Source: an uncultured Nitrospiraceae bacterium (GTDB lineage: Bacteria > Nitrospirota > Nitrospiria > Nitrospirales > Nitrospiraceae). From it: a DNA stretch of 64,000 nt. The DNA is taken from positions 1,024,001 through 1,088,000 of the forward strand of contig CAVPLT010000001.1 of NCBI GenBank assembly GCA_963706325.1. The letters are read 5' to 3'. A program made the translations under genes and the position numbers. The notes below the pieces were generated by a model. It saw only the letters and a list, made by a program, of their open reading frames with translations. It was not told the DNA's origin and made no database searches. This document shows, one piece after another, positions 1 to 10,737 of this stretch. How positions within the stretch are numbered: position 1 is the first letter of the stretch; each line of letters begins with the position of its first letter.

Positions 1-282
1 CCGCAGATTGCAGTCGATCCGGAGGGGCGCATCGTGGCGGTGTGGGAGGAGCAGGCGCCGGTGAAGCGTGATGTGGTGATGAGTGTCTCGACCGATCGAG
101 GAGAGACGTTTACGGCCCCGCAGAAGGTGAATGAGAAAAAGAGCCAGACCCCCGTCGTAGCGGTGAATGCACTGGGGGTGTTTGCCATGGCTTGGATGGA
201 ACATGGCATGCCGGGTCATAAAATTGTAATGCAGACGGTAACGGCTCCATCGGTGAAAGTGACGGCTGAGCCAGTACGATAG
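1..282 (+). CDS. C-terminal part of BNR/Asp-box (sialidase-like beta-propeller) protein, 5' truncated by window
   Basis: Asp-box SxDxGxTF (STDRGETF); frame open from the window start. Confidence 0.7.
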   Translation, partial: PQIAVDPEGRIVAVWEEQAPVKRDVVMSVSTDRGETFTAPQKVNEKKSQTPVVAVNALGVFAMAWMEHGMPGHKIVMQTVTAPSVKVTAEPVR

Positions 283-306
283 TCGGGCGGGCTTGTGATT
301 GGAACG

Positions 307-843
307 ATGATGCTGACGGGATTATTCAGGAGCCTCATCCTGGCGGCCGTTGTGGTGGGCATGACGACCGGCCATGCATGGGCCGGCGATCCCTTCACCA
401 CGCTCAAAATTGCGCGGGTCGCGCCGGGCACTGCCGCTACAGCCTTCGAGCTGCAGTCGTTGGATGGCACATTGGTTCGACTCTCGGACATGAAGGGGAA
501 AGTCGTCATCGTGAATTTCTGGGCCACCTGGTGCGGCCCCTGTAAGGATGAAATGCCGGCCTTCGAACGGTTGCGGCAAAAGCTGGACCCCGAACGCTTC
601 GCTCTGCTGACGGTCACAACCGACCTCCAACGAAACGGCATCAAGCAATTTTTGGCGAACCTGCATGTGCAACTCCCGGTCTTGTTCGATGAGCAGCAGG
701 ATGTCTCACAGGCCTACCTGGTGCGCGCACTGCCGACGACGGTGCTCATTGACCGACAGGGTACTCTCGTCGGGCGCGCGGTTGGACCTCGCGAGTGGGA
801 TGCGCCGCAGACCGTTCGACTGCTGCAGGACATGATGCAATGA
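307..843 (+). CDS. TlpA/ResA-like thiol-disulfide oxidoreductase
   Basis: NFWATWCGPC motif, cis-Pro loop ALPTT, signal peptide. Confidence 0.9.
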   Translation: MMLTGLFRSLILAAVVVGMTTGHAWAGDPFTTLKIARVAPGTAATAFELQSLDGTLVRLSDMKGKVVIVNFWATWCGPCKDEMPAFERLRQKLDPERFALLTVTTDLQRNGIKQFLANLHVQLPVLFDEQQDVSQAYLVRALPTTVLIDRQGTLVGRAVGPREWDAPQTVRLLQDMMQ

Positions 844-1160
844 CCCGCATGAAGAAACCGTTCGTCAGCCTTGCGGCATTTCTGGCGGCCACCTATCTCG
901 TCCTGGCGGTTATTTCCGTCGCCTGTGCGTTCGAGCATGGCTTGGCGCAGCCATCGGGCCATCACCATGGCGGTACCGTTTCGCACTCCAGTTTCTGCAC
1001 GTGGGTCTGCCAAGCAGATCCTATTTCGGATGCCGGGCCTTCCGCTCTTGTGATGCACCCGTATTTTGTGGCCTCGCCATGCGTTGAGTGTGCCCACGCC
1101 GTCATTGCGGGCGGGTCTGGGTTCTACGCCGCCTCCCGTGCGCCTCCCGTTCAGTTGTAA
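840..1160 (+). CDS. DUF2946-like (CruR/CutF-type) small protein/uORF with C-terminal RAPP motif
   Basis: ATGA overlap with TlpA stop; N-terminal hydrophobic segment, HHH, CTWVC and CVEC, ends SRAPPVQL; directly upstream of a TonB receptor. Confidence 0.75.
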   Translation: MTRMKKPFVSLAAFLAATYLVLAVISVACAFEHGLAQPSGHHHGGTVSHSSFCTWVCQADPISDAGPSALVMHPYFVASPCVECAHAVIAGGSGFYAASRAPPVQL

Positions 1161-1270
1161 ATCCATTCCATATTGTTGGTTGTGCCAGCCACTCTTGCCG
1201 TCCGTTCTGACAAGGACGACGGGGGTGGTGTCTCTGCTGTCATGCGCAGAGTTGCGCCAGGAGGAAGTAT

Positions 1271-3610
1271 ATGTGGGTCCGTCTGTATCCATCTCAGTTT
1301 CAATTCATTTTGCTTTCTGCATTTGTGTTGGCGCCAATGTTTTCCGCGCCCGAGACATTCGCGCAGGAGGGGGAGGCCGGAACTGTAGTCGAGAAAAGCG
1401 CGCGGGAGCGCGAACTGCGAGAGCGATTGCAGAAAATCCTTCATGAGTTGGAGGAATTGCAACAGCAGCCGCCATCGGGCGCGTCGGCCGTGCCGGTTCA
1501 ACCGGCGGTCGTACAGGAGTCTCCTGAGTCGCCCTTGGCAGAGCCGATCCCGCATTACGAGTTGGCCGATGTGAGCATTGTCAGCGAACGAGTGCAGCGG
1601 CGGCCGGAAGGCGTGTCGCTCTCTGCCACCCAGCCATCTGAGACCGATTCCCAGCCGACCAGGACCATGAAGGAATCGATGGAGTCCCTCCCGGGTGTCG
1701 TCCTCCGTCAGGCGAACGGCCCGCGCGACTTCAGCATCATGATTCGTGGGCAAGGGGCCAAAACTGCCTTCGCAGTTCGCGATATCAAAATTTATGAAGA
1801 TGGATTTATGCAAACCCAATCCGACGGGCTCTCTCGCCTCGACATCCAAGATCCCTGGTTCATGCGAAGCGTGGAAGTGACACGAGGCGCCTCATCGTCG
1901 TTGTATGACAACTATGCCCTGGGCGGGATGGTCCAATTTCGTACCAGGCGCGGCAGCGACATCAATGGAGTGGAAACGTTCCTGTCCGGCGGTTCCTATG
2001 GGTACCACAAAGAAGCCCTGGCCTTCGGTCAGCAAACCGAGCACCTTGACCTTTCGATGTTTATCAGCAATGTGGGGGAGGACGGGTTCATTCAGAACAG
2101 CAATTATAAAACGCAGACCTTGAATTTTAATTTGCGGTTTAAAATCGACGACAAACAGAACTTCTATTTCAAGGCGATCACGAACTGGCTGGATTCACGC
2201 GTCCCCACTCGGCTCACCCAAGGACAATTCAACACCGACGAGCGACAGGCTGGCGGAGCGCAGACCACCTGCGTGGCCGGGACGTATAACGCCGGTTGCG
2301 CCAATGCTGTCGCGCTTGCTCAAAGGCGAAACGACCGACGCTCCATCGTGGGAGGCATGTACGAACGGCAAATCAATGCGAATACCGTGTTGACCGTGGA
2401 AGCTGACTACGATGTGAAGGACATCAACCAATACTTCTCGCAGATTACCGACAACGTGAACCCGAACTACAAAACCTATTCCGATTTGCGGCATGACGGT
2501 CGCCTCGGAGAGATGCCGTTGAGGAGTTACGTCGGATTCTTCGCGAACCAAATGGAGCAGGAAGGACAGACCTTTCAGAATCTTGCTGATGGGTTCGGGA
2601 CGCGCGGAACCTTGCTGGCGAATAATCGCGGGACCATTCGAAACATCGGCGGTCGGTTCCGTGAAGAATTGGAATTCGTCCCGCGATGGGTGTTGGCTGC
2701 GGGCCTCGGATTCGAGCAGTCTCACCTGAGTGTGCAGACGATTAATTACGCCAACTCAGGAGCCTTCGCCTCACGCGCGAATGCGGACCGTGATTTTTCG
2801 AACTGGGCGCCGGAAATGTCGCTGAGTTGGAAGCCAGCTGAAGGCTATCGCAACTGGGTCCGAGGTTCGACGGGGTATGGCATTCCTCAATTTAGTCAGC
2901 TCACGCGAGATCCTATCACGGGACAACCAGGCGCTAACTTTAGCCTGAAGCCGCAAAAGAACCTCAATTTTGAGATCGGGACGGAGTCGAGGGTCCATCA
3001 GACCCTGTCGGTTCAACTGGTCGGGTTCTGGACCTTCTTTAAGGATGAGATCATTACGCAAACTATCTCGGGCGGGAATACGGCCTCTGTGAATGCCGAC
3101 TCGTCCCAATATCAGGGGATCGAAGCCTTCTACGATTGGCGACCGGTGACCGGATTACGATTGACGGGGGCGTACACCCACATTGCTGCCAAATACATCA
3201 ACTTCTCAGATCGTACGACAGACTTTCTAACCCGAGATGGCAAGAAGGTCCCCAACGTGCCGACCGATGTCTTGAATACCAAGGTAGCGTATGAACATGA
3301 AGCGACCGGTTGGGGTGGTTGGGTCGAGGGGAGTTATTACAATAGTTATTTCCTGAACAACAGTAACACGTTCAGCATCCCATCCTATGTGGTAGCGAAT
3401 GTGAATATTCATAAAAACTTTGAGTTGAAGAATTCCTGGTTCCGGTTCGCCAGGTTCTATTTGGAACTCGACAACATTGCGGATAAGAAATACGCCGCGT
3501 CTGGCCAGGTGATCGGGGGAGAAACCGCCGGTGCCGCGGCTGGGCAACAGGCGTTTTTCGCAGGCTACGGCCGAGCCATCTACGGGGGTGTGACGTTGGG
3601 GTTGTTCTAA
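1271..3610 (+). CDS. TonB-dependent receptor
   Basis: Signal peptide, plug motifs (IRG; VEVTRGASSSLY..ALGG), beta-barrel, C-terminal F; AGGAGG RBS. Confidence 0.92.
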   Translation: MWVRLYPSQFQFILLSAFVLAPMFSAPETFAQEGEAGTVVEKSARERELRERLQKILHELEELQQQPPSGASAVPVQPAVVQESPESPLAEPIPHYELADVSIVSERVQRRPEGVSLSATQPSETDSQPTRTMKESMESLPGVVLRQANGPRDFSIMIRGQGAKTAFAVRDIKIYEDGFMQTQSDGLSRLDIQDPWFMRSVEVTRGASSSLYDNYALGGMVQFRTRRGSDINGVETFLSGGSYGYHKEALAFGQQTEHLDLSMFISNVGEDGFIQNSNYKTQTLNFNLRFKIDDKQNFYFKAITNWLDSRVPTRLTQGQFNTDERQAGGAQTTCVAGTYNAGCANAVALAQRRNDRRSIVGGMYERQINANTVLTVEADYDVKDINQYFSQITDNVNPNYKTYSDLRHDGRLGEMPLRSYVGFFANQMEQEGQTFQNLADGFGTRGTLLANNRGTIRNIGGRFREELEFVPRWVLAAGLGFEQSHLSVQTINYANSGAFASRANADRDFSNWAPEMSLSWKPAEGYRNWVRGSTGYGIPQFSQLTRDPITGQPGANFSLKPQKNLNFEIGTESRVHQTLSVQLVGFWTFFKDEIITQTISGGNTASVNADSSQYQGIEAFYDWRPVTGLRLTGAYTHIAAKYINFSDRTTDFLTRDGKKVPNVPTDVLNTKVAYEHEATGWGGWVEGSYYNSYFLNNSNTFSIPSYVVANVNIHKNFELKNSWFRFARFYLELDNIADKKYAASGQVIGGETAGAAAGQQAFFAGYGRAIYGGVTLGLF

Positions 3611-3676
3611 GTAGTGGCGCGAGCGGGACGCCATGACACATGGCCGATCGGACATTTATTCAATCCGGAGGTTGCC

Positions 3677-3859
3677 GTGAACAAGGAGCTAATGCCTGTC
3701 GGCGAATCGGCGGATGTGTTGGCGGTAAGCCGCTGGACGATCTCTCGATGGGTGGACGATGGCCGATTGGAGCGCACCAAGATAGGGTGTGGAACCTTTG
3801 AGAGCATTTCGGGCCTCATTGGACAGGCTCGTGCAGAACAACATGACGCAGGAAGTTAA
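3677..3859 (+). CDS. Small excisionase-like HTH DNA-binding protein, possibly degenerate
   Basis: ESADVLAVSRWTISRWVDDGRL HTH pattern; GGAGG RBS before GTG. Confidence 0.55.
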   Translation: MNKELMPVGESADVLAVSRWTISRWVDDGRLERTKIGCGTFESISGLIGQARAEQHDAGS

Positions 3860-4219
3860 TTTGACGGTATGACCGGTGCGCTGACACGTTCGCAAAGCTT
3901 CGAGGTTGAGTTCGGCACGCCGTATGTGATCTCTGGAGGAGGGTCGTGAAAGACCAGTTCATCCGATTTGCCAACCCGGCCTTGGGAATCAGCAGGTTTG
4001 AGTGCATGGAGTACAAGTTCTGAGCGTGGGCCATGATTTATGGTCGTATTGAATCGCTCCTGTGCCGTGCCTGGTTGTTCGGCTGGCTCGGCACAAGCCT
4101 TGTGTTGTAAGTCGGCTCGAGGAGTGGACGATCGCTGATCGATCATGTGATATGGTACCATTGTGAGGCAATCTCGGATGAGATTGTCCCACTCATTTCA
4201 GTATCAATCGAACCAGCGC

Positions 4220-6184
4220 ATGAACGGATTGCTTGCCATTCTGCTATTGCTGTGGGGCCTTGTACCGGTCCATGCGGACTCAGGGGCTGCTCCGCCACCG
4301 CCCGAGGCTTTCGTCGCGCTTCCGCGTATCTCCTCGATTCAACTGTCCCCCTCCGGGAAGCATCTTGCGGCGGTCCGCAATCATGGCGGCAATACCGAAC
4401 TCATGACGCAAACGGTGACCGGTGAGGATACGCATGTCGCACTAACAACGGATAATCGCGAATATGTCATGACATGGTTTCGATGGGTGAATGACGAACG
4501 CCTGCTGATCGGTACTAGATTTGTGGACGCTGCAGCGGGGATCGACTCACAAGAAGCACGGCTCGTGGCGGTCAATCGTGACGGGACGCAAAAGAGCCCC
4601 AATGTATTCAAGCAGACGGCGTTTGCGTCTATTTTTGGAAAGAAACATTTTCCTCAGTTCCAGGATCGCCTCGTAGGCACCTTGCCAGGAGAGCCTCGAC
4701 AGGTACTGATCGCGTTCGACTTGGACCATCCCCTGTCCCCGGATGTCTATAAGGTGGATGTGTATTCCGGCGAGCGACAGCTGGTACAGGCGAATCCTGG
4801 AACCGAACCAGGCTCCGACACGGTGCTACAGTGGATCGCCGATCGCGCGGGGCAGGTTCGCGTGGGAGTCGGCCAATTTCACACCACAGTTCGAGTAATT
4901 TTCAGAGCTCCGGAATCCATTATCTGGCGTGTACTGGCCGAATATGACCTCGCCAAAGAAACCGGCTTGATTCCCCTGGCTTTCGACGCTGATCCCGCCT
5001 GGTTGTATGTCCGGGATCAACACCGAGGGCGTGCAGCCATCTTTAAGATCAATCTTGCCGACAGGACTGCCGACCGCATACTCGTGGCCGCGGATCCGAA
5101 GTTCGATCTCGCGGGAGAGTTGATCTACGCCCCGTGGAAGCGAAAGATCGTCGGCGTCAGGTACAGCGATGAAGACCTCCGGGTCCTGTTTTGGGACTTC
5201 GACGCGCAGCGCCTTCAGGCACGCATCGACCGGGCGATTCCTGAACGCGCGAATGTCATTCACAGCAGCAGCAACGACGGACGATACCATATTGTGAAGG
5301 CGGGAGGTCTGGCGCAGCCCCCGGACTATTATATTTTCGACGAGCGTGACGGTCGCATGGTCTTGCTCGGCCGGTGCTATCCCGATCTGGACGCCGACGA
5401 TTTGCCGATTCCGAAAGCGGTCACGATGGCTGCCCGAGATGGGAAAGAGTTGCGCGGGCTCCTGACTGTTCCCAAACATCGGGAGCCAGGAAAGCTACCC
5501 TTGATCTTGTTTCCTCATGGGGGCCCCGCCTCGCATGAACGCAATGCCTTTAATTATTGGACACAATGGTTTGTGAGTCGAGGGTGGGCGGTGTTGCAGA
5601 TTGACTTTCGTGGGTCTGAGGGGTACGGCGATGAGTTTTTGCGGGCCGGGTTCCAGCGCGGGGGCTTGGAGATGCAAGACGATTTGACCGATAGTGCGCA
5701 GTGGGCGATTGATGCTGGTCATGCGAGTGCGGACCGGATCTGCCTGGTCGGTGCCGACTACGGCGGTTACGCGGCCCTCATGGGTGCGGTGAAGACGCCG
5801 GACCTCTTTCGCTGCGTCGTGAGTCTTGGCGGGGTCACTGATTTGCTGCAGATTGTGGCCGACAAACGCTGGTATCTGAACCAAAAGCTGCTGGTCGAGT
5901 CGCGGATCACATCCTGGTGGGAAGATCGTGAGCGATTGCGAGACACCTCGCCGGTGTACAATGCAAAATCGCTTCGGACGCCGCTTCTGCTGATGCATGG
6001 CGCCATGGATCGGATTGTGCCACTGTCCCAGGGACGGGCCATGTCCGAAGCGCTAAAAGAGGCGAAGGTGACGACCTATCGGTATGTCGAACTTCCCTTA
6101 GCGGATCATGCTCTCAGTCGTGAGCAAGACCGCCTGCAGGTGTTCACGCACATGGAGCAGTTTCTTAAAGCCCACCTCGATTAG
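4220..6184 (+). CDS. Secreted S9 prolyl-oligopeptidase-family protein (nucleophile position Asp)
   Basis: Propeller plus PHGGP, FRGSEGYG, MQDDL, GADYGGY, HGAMD and terminal His motifs. Confidence 0.85.
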   Translation: MNGLLAILLLLWGLVPVHADSGAAPPPPEAFVALPRISSIQLSPSGKHLAAVRNHGGNTELMTQTVTGEDTHVALTTDNREYVMTWFRWVNDERLLIGTRFVDAAAGIDSQEARLVAVNRDGTQKSPNVFKQTAFASIFGKKHFPQFQDRLVGTLPGEPRQVLIAFDLDHPLSPDVYKVDVYSGERQLVQANPGTEPGSDTVLQWIADRAGQVRVGVGQFHTTVRVIFRAPESIIWRVLAEYDLAKETGLIPLAFDADPAWLYVRDQHRGRAAIFKINLADRTADRILVAADPKFDLAGELIYAPWKRKIVGVRYSDEDLRVLFWDFDAQRLQARIDRAIPERANVIHSSSNDGRYHIVKAGGLAQPPDYYIFDERDGRMVLLGRCYPDLDADDLPIPKAVTMAARDGKELRGLLTVPKHREPGKLPLILFPHGGPASHERNAFNYWTQWFVSRGWAVLQIDFRGSEGYGDEFLRAGFQRGGLEMQDDLTDSAQWAIDAGHASADRICLVGADYGGYAALMGAVKTPDLFRCVVSLGGVTDLLQIVADKRWYLNQKLLVESRITSWWEDRERLRDTSPVYNAKSLRTPLLLMHGAMDRIVPLSQGRAMSEALKEAKVTTYRYVELPLADHALSREQDRLQVFTHMEQFLKAHLD

Positions 6185-6419
6185 GTAGCAGTGCCGCTTG
6201 TCTGTGCAGGATTCATGAGCAGGCCTCGGGAAAGAATTTCTTGATCGCATACAGAATAGAAGCGCTGCGAGGTTCTCAAATGACCGGTCCGGTGAATGCC
6301 GTGTTTTAACGCATGGGGCACGCTGGTCATAGCAACGCCCCGTTCATCTTGCCGGATGAACGGGGCGTTGCTGTCTTGATGAGCGCGCGTGATGCTCTGC
6401 GATGAGTCTTTTTCAGAAC

Positions 6420-6977
6420 CTACCAGTAATAGGGATAGGCGCGCCCGTATGGTCCCCAGTAGGGATAACCGTATGGACTGTAGTAAGGATAGGGGCGGCC
6501 TCGCCACTGGTTCGAGTCTTGCGAGGGAATCCAGGTATGAAGGCTCTTGATGTCGATGACAGGGTAGGTGTAGTCCGTCTCATCAAGCGGCAGAGTGGTG
6601 GAACCGGTGACCTCGCCGGTGACAGTTATGAAAGTCCCATGGGGAAGCGTGGCGGGATCGAGGAATTCTCGTTGTATGCCGATAAACCGCCCTTGGGATT
6701 TCATGAGATCAGGCGTCGGCTGTTGCGAATCGTTGAGCGGAAGCTGAAGCACTTCGATACGTGTGCCGTCTTTCATGCGCCGGGCTGTGAGGACCTGCCC
6801 GCCGAGCACGAGGGGTTGCCCTCTGAAAGAATCCGGGGCGGTCTTGATTTGAGCAAAGGGAGGAGTCGGCGGCCCGCTCTGCGCGGAATCGACGGTCTCG
6901 CTTGAGGAGGCACAGGCCGCCAGGACTGCGGCGCTCAAGAGCATCACAATCCCCTGTAGAAGTTTTCCCCGCATCAT
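6420..6977 (-). CDS. Slp-family outer-membrane lipoprotein
   Basis: Lipobox LAAC; GG..IEVLQLPL..GRF..FLDP..YTYP motifs; Tyr/Pro-rich tail. Confidence 0.85.
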   Translation of the reverse strand: MMRGKLLQGIVMLLSAAVLAACASSSETVDSAQSGPPTPPFAQIKTAPDSFRGQPLVLGGQVLTARRMKDGTRIEVLQLPLNDSQQPTPDLMKSQGRFIGIQREFLDPATLPHGTFITVTGEVTGSTTLPLDETDYTYPVIDIKSLHTWIPSQDSNQWRGRPYPYYSPYGYPYWGPYGRAYPYYW

Positions 6978-7065
6978 GGGCATTATACCAAAGGCACAAA
7001 GCGACGAGCATTGTTTATAATGCCGGTGAGATGGTCGAACCGCATAGTGGAAAGGAGCGCCGTGT

Positions 7066-7713
7066 ATGGTGGAGAGTCGTGTGTGGAGAGGTGGTTTGAT
7101 TGGAATGATGGTGGTGACGGCCGCGTGGTTGTTGGCGGGAGCTGCCTGGGCAGGGAAGGCGGAACTGCAAGGCAAATTTGAGATCCTCAAGGATGAGGCA
7201 TCGACGCACAAGCCGGGTAAAGTGCAGTTGGTGGAATTCGCCGATTTCTACTGCCCCCATTGCCACCGGTTTGACGGAGAGGGTGTCCCGTTATTGCAGA
7301 AGGAATTTGGGAAAAAATTGGACGTCACAATGGTGGGTTATCCGGTGATGCCCGGCAAGTTGCCCACCGCGTTCGACATGTATGAGCAGGCGAAGACGAT
7401 GGGCAAAGGCGATGAGATGAAACGGGCCTTATTCCGCGTCATCCATACGGACAAGATCGGCATCATCGACCGGACGATACGTGAATTGCTGATCCGCGAG
7501 GTGGGCCTCGATCCTGTGGCCTTTGAAGCGGGTCTGGCGAGCGCCAAGCCGGCGAGAGCCTTTGAAGAAGGCCGCAAATGGGGCGATCGCATCAAGGTGC
7601 AACAGACGCCCACCGTGTTGTTAGACGGCAACATCAAGGTAGAGCAAATCGATCCAGATAACTTGAGGGCTGTCATTCAGAGTATTCTGGATGGCGACGG
7701 GAAACGTCCGTAA
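7066..7713 (+). CDS. DsbA-family thioredoxin-fold protein
   Basis: FYCPHC, QTPT cis-Pro, signal peptide, AAGGAG RBS. Confidence 0.85.
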   Translation: MVESRVWRGGLIGMMVVTAAWLLAGAAWAGKAELQGKFEILKDEASTHKPGKVQLVEFADFYCPHCHRFDGEGVPLLQKEFGKKLDVTMVGYPVMPGKLPTAFDMYEQAKTMGKGDEMKRALFRVIHTDKIGIIDRTIRELLIREVGLDPVAFEAGLASAKPARAFEEGRKWGDRIKVQQTPTVLLDGNIKVEQIDPDNLRAVIQSILDGDGKRP

Positions 7714-7773
7714 GGCCGAGGCGTCTGGAGTCAGAGGGGATCACCCTTTACGACGTATTCCTCATGAGCGATT

Positions 7774-8019
7774 ATGATGACGACTGATCCAGTCTGCGGA
7801 ATGACAGTGGACCCGGCAACGGCGGCGGCCCACTTCGACTACGAAGGCGTGACCTACTACTTTTGCAGCACCCATTGTCTCGACCGATTTCGAGCGGCGC
7901 CCAACCAGTATGTAAAGAGGGCGACTGACGCCGGTATGACTCAACCAACGGCGAGGTCGCCGCTCGATCCCGATGATGCCGTCGATGGCGGATCAGCCGA
8001 CCCAAGGCAGCGAGCTTGA
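7774..8019 (+). CDS. YHS domain; separate metallochaperone or frameshifted N-terminus of the Cu-ATPase
   Basis: DPVCGM..YYFCSxxC..F motif, homologous to the two YHS repeats downstream. Confidence 0.65.
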   Translation: MMTTDPVCGMTVDPATAAAHFDYEGVTYYFCSTHCLDRFRAAPNQYVKRATDAGMTQPTARSPLDPDDAVDGGSADPRQRA

Positions 8020-10669
8020 TCCGGTCTGCGGCATGACCGTCCAGCCGGCCACAGCAGCCGCATCTCATCAGCACGAGGGCAAAACCTATTACTTCTGCAG
8101 TCAAGGTTGTCTTGAAAAGTTCCGAGCGGATCCTGCTCGATATTTGACGGCGACGACCGCACCCCTGGTGTCGACGGCCGGGCCATGCGGAGGAAAGCCG
8201 TTCCCCATGGTGGGGGCATCTCTGTCGAGCGAGAAGATCTCCGGTGTCATCGATCCAGTCTGCGGCATGACGGTTGATCCAGCCACGGCGGCCGGATCGT
8301 ATACCCATGAGGGCACGACCTACTCATTCTGTGGCCAAAGTTGCTTGGACAAATTTCGCGCCGACCCTCTGCAATATCTCCATCCTGCGCCCTCGAAAGG
8401 GATTGCTCCGACTGCACCGGCAGTCCCTGGGACGAAGTATGTCTGTCCCATGTGCCCAGAGGTGTTAGAGGACACCCAGGTGCCCTGTCCTAAGTGCGGC
8501 ATGGCGCTGGAACCGGCCTCGCTGACACCGATGCCGACCAGAACAGAATATGTCTGCCCGATGCACCCGGAAGTCGTGCAATCAGAGCCGGGCGCCTGCC
8601 CCAAGTGTGGCATGGCGCTGGAGCCAAAAATGGTCACCGTCGAGGAAGAACAAAACCCTGAATTATTAGATATGACTCGACGGTTGTGGATCGGGTTGAT
8701 CCCGACGGCAGTGGTCTTCCTGCTGGCCATGTCCCATATGATTCCCGGTCACCCGATGCAGTATGTGATTTCGGACGAGCGATCGGCATGGGTACAGTTC
8801 ATCCTGAGCACGCCGGTCGTCTTATGGGCCGGATGGCCGTTCTTTCAACGCGGATGGGCGTCGATCGTCCATCGCAGTCCGAACATGTTTACGCTGATCG
8901 CGATCGGCACCGGCACGGCCTATCTGTACAGTGCCTTCGCAACATTGTTTCCGTCGTCGATTCCCCAATCATTTCGGCTTGAGCATGGAGCGGTGCCGGT
9001 CTACTTCGAAGCCGCGGCCGTGATCACGATACTGGTGCTGCTCGGTCAGGTGTTGGAACTTCGAGCGAGAAGTCGCACCAGCGGCGCCATCCGAGCACTC
9101 CTGGGACTGGCCCCCAAGAGTGCTAGACGGGTACGGGATGAGGGTCGCGAGGAGGATGTGCCGCTGGATCAGGTGCAAGTAGGAGATCATCTGCGGGTGC
9201 GACCTGGTGAGAAGGTGCCGGTCGATGGCCGCATCCTCGAAGGGACCACATTTCTCGACGAGTCGATGGTGACGGGCGAATCCATGCCCGTCGAGAAAAC
9301 CACGGGTGACAGGGTGACGGGGGGCACGATCAACGGCTTGGGTGGTTTTGTGATGCAGGCCGATCGCGTGGGGGCGGACACGCTGCTGGCGCATATCGTA
9401 CAGCTGGTGGCTGCGGCGCAACGCAGCCGCGCACCCATTCAACGAACGGTCGATGTGGTGGCCGGCTATTTTGTTCCCATTGTAGTCGGGGTGGCGATTG
9501 TGACCGGACTGGCCTGGGCCTTATTTGGGCCGGAGCCGCGTCTGGCGCATGCGTTGCTGAATGCGGTAGCGGTGCTCATCATCGCCTGCCCTTGTGCGCT
9601 TGGCCTGGCTACGCCCATGTCGATCATGGTGGGAACGGGACGTGGTGCGACCGCAGGCGTTCTGTTCAGGCAGGCCGATGCGCTGCAGACGATTGAAAAA
9701 GTCGATACCTTGGTCTTCGACAAGACCGGGACGCTCACCGAAGGCAAGCCAAAACTCCGCGTCGTGAGCGCCTTGGCCCCCTGGTCCGAGGCCGATCTGT
9801 TGCGACTCGCGGCCTCGGTCGAACGAGGCAGTGAACATCCGTTGGCTGGCGCGATTGTCAGCGGGGCCGAGGCGCGTGACATCAAGCTGGAACAGACGTC
9901 CGATTTCATGTCAAAGACAGGAAAAGGTGTACTGGCCACGGTCGGGGACCGGCGAGTGGCGGTGGGGACTGTCGATCTCATGCGGGAGATCCGAATGGAT
10001 GACGAATCCGCGCTGGCTTCATTGGAAGCGAATGCTGAGTTGATGCGGCAGCTGGGACATACGGTAATGTTCGTCGCGGTCGATAGCCGTCCTATGGGTC
10101 TGTTGGGCGTGGCCGATCCGATCAAGAGTTCCACGCCGGAGGCGTTGCGTTTGTTACGACAAGAAGGCCTCAAACTGGTGATGGTCACGGGGGATCATGC
10201 CGTGACGGCACAAGCCGTGGCGAAGGAATTAAGATTGGATGAAGTCATGGCCGGGGTGAAGCCCGAAGACAAGAGCCGGATTGTGCGAGACCTTCAAGCG
10301 AAGGGCCACGTGGTAGCGATGGCCGGTGACGGAGTGAATGATGCTCCGGCTCTCGCGCAGGCTGATGTCGGCATTGCCATGGGGACCGGAACCGACGTGG
10401 CGATGGAGAATGCCGGTGTCACGCTGGTCAAAGGAGATCTGCGAGGCATTGCGCGAACTCGCACGTTGAGCAAGGCGACGATGCGCAACATTCGGCAGAA
10501 TCTCTTTTTTGCCTTTGTGTACAATATGGTCGGCGTGCCTATCGCGGCCGGTGTGCTGTATCCATTCTTCGGCATCCTCCTCAGTCCGATGTTGGCCAGC
10601 GCGGCGATGACTTTGAGCTCCCTGTCGGTCATTTCAAACGCACTGCGTCTTCGGCATGCCGATTTATGA
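7973..10669 (+). CDS. copA: Cu(I)-translocating P1B-type ATPase
   Basis: 2 YHS, 2 YxCPM(C/H)P..CPKCGM domains, TGES, CPC, DKTGT, HP, GDGVND, YN and MxxSS. Confidence 0.93.
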   Translation: MMPSMADQPTQGSELDPVCGMTVQPATAAASHQHEGKTYYFCSQGCLEKFRADPARYLTATTAPLVSTAGPCGGKPFPMVGASLSSEKISGVIDPVCGMTVDPATAAGSYTHEGTTYSFCGQSCLDKFRADPLQYLHPAPSKGIAPTAPAVPGTKYVCPMCPEVLEDTQVPCPKCGMALEPASLTPMPTRTEYVCPMHPEVVQSEPGACPKCGMALEPKMVTVEEEQNPELLDMTRRLWIGLIPTAVVFLLAMSHMIPGHPMQYVISDERSAWVQFILSTPVVLWAGWPFFQRGWASIVHRSPNMFTLIAIGTGTAYLYSAFATLFPSSIPQSFRLEHGAVPVYFEAAAVITILVLLGQVLELRARSRTSGAIRALLGLAPKSARRVRDEGREEDVPLDQVQVGDHLRVRPGEKVPVDGRILEGTTFLDESMVTGESMPVEKTTGDRVTGGTINGLGGFVMQADRVGADTLLAHIVQLVAAAQRSRAPIQRTVDVVAGYFVPIVVGVAIVTGLAWALFGPEPRLAHALLNAVAVLIIACPCALGLATPMSIMVGTGRGATAGVLFRQADALQTIEKVDTLVFDKTGTLTEGKPKLRVVSALAPWSEADLLRLAASVERGSEHPLAGAIVSGAEARDIKLEQTSDFMSKTGKGVLATVGDRRVAVGTVDLMREIRMDDESALASLEANAELMRQLGHTVMFVAVDSRPMGLLGVADPIKSSTPEALRLLRQEGLKLVMVTGDHAVTAQAVAKELRLDEVMAGVKPEDKSRIVRDLQAKGHVVAMAGDGVNDAPALAQADVGIAMGTGTDVAMENAGVTLVKGDLRGIARTRTLSKATMRNIRQNLFFAFVYNMVGVPIAAGVLYPFFGILLSPMLASAAMTLSSLSVISNALRLRHADL

Positions 10670-10737
10670 GTTCCAAGTGTGTGGCCCATCAACGCGCGAT
10701 AGCTTGGTGCCTGGCCGTTCAGAGGAGATGCAACACG

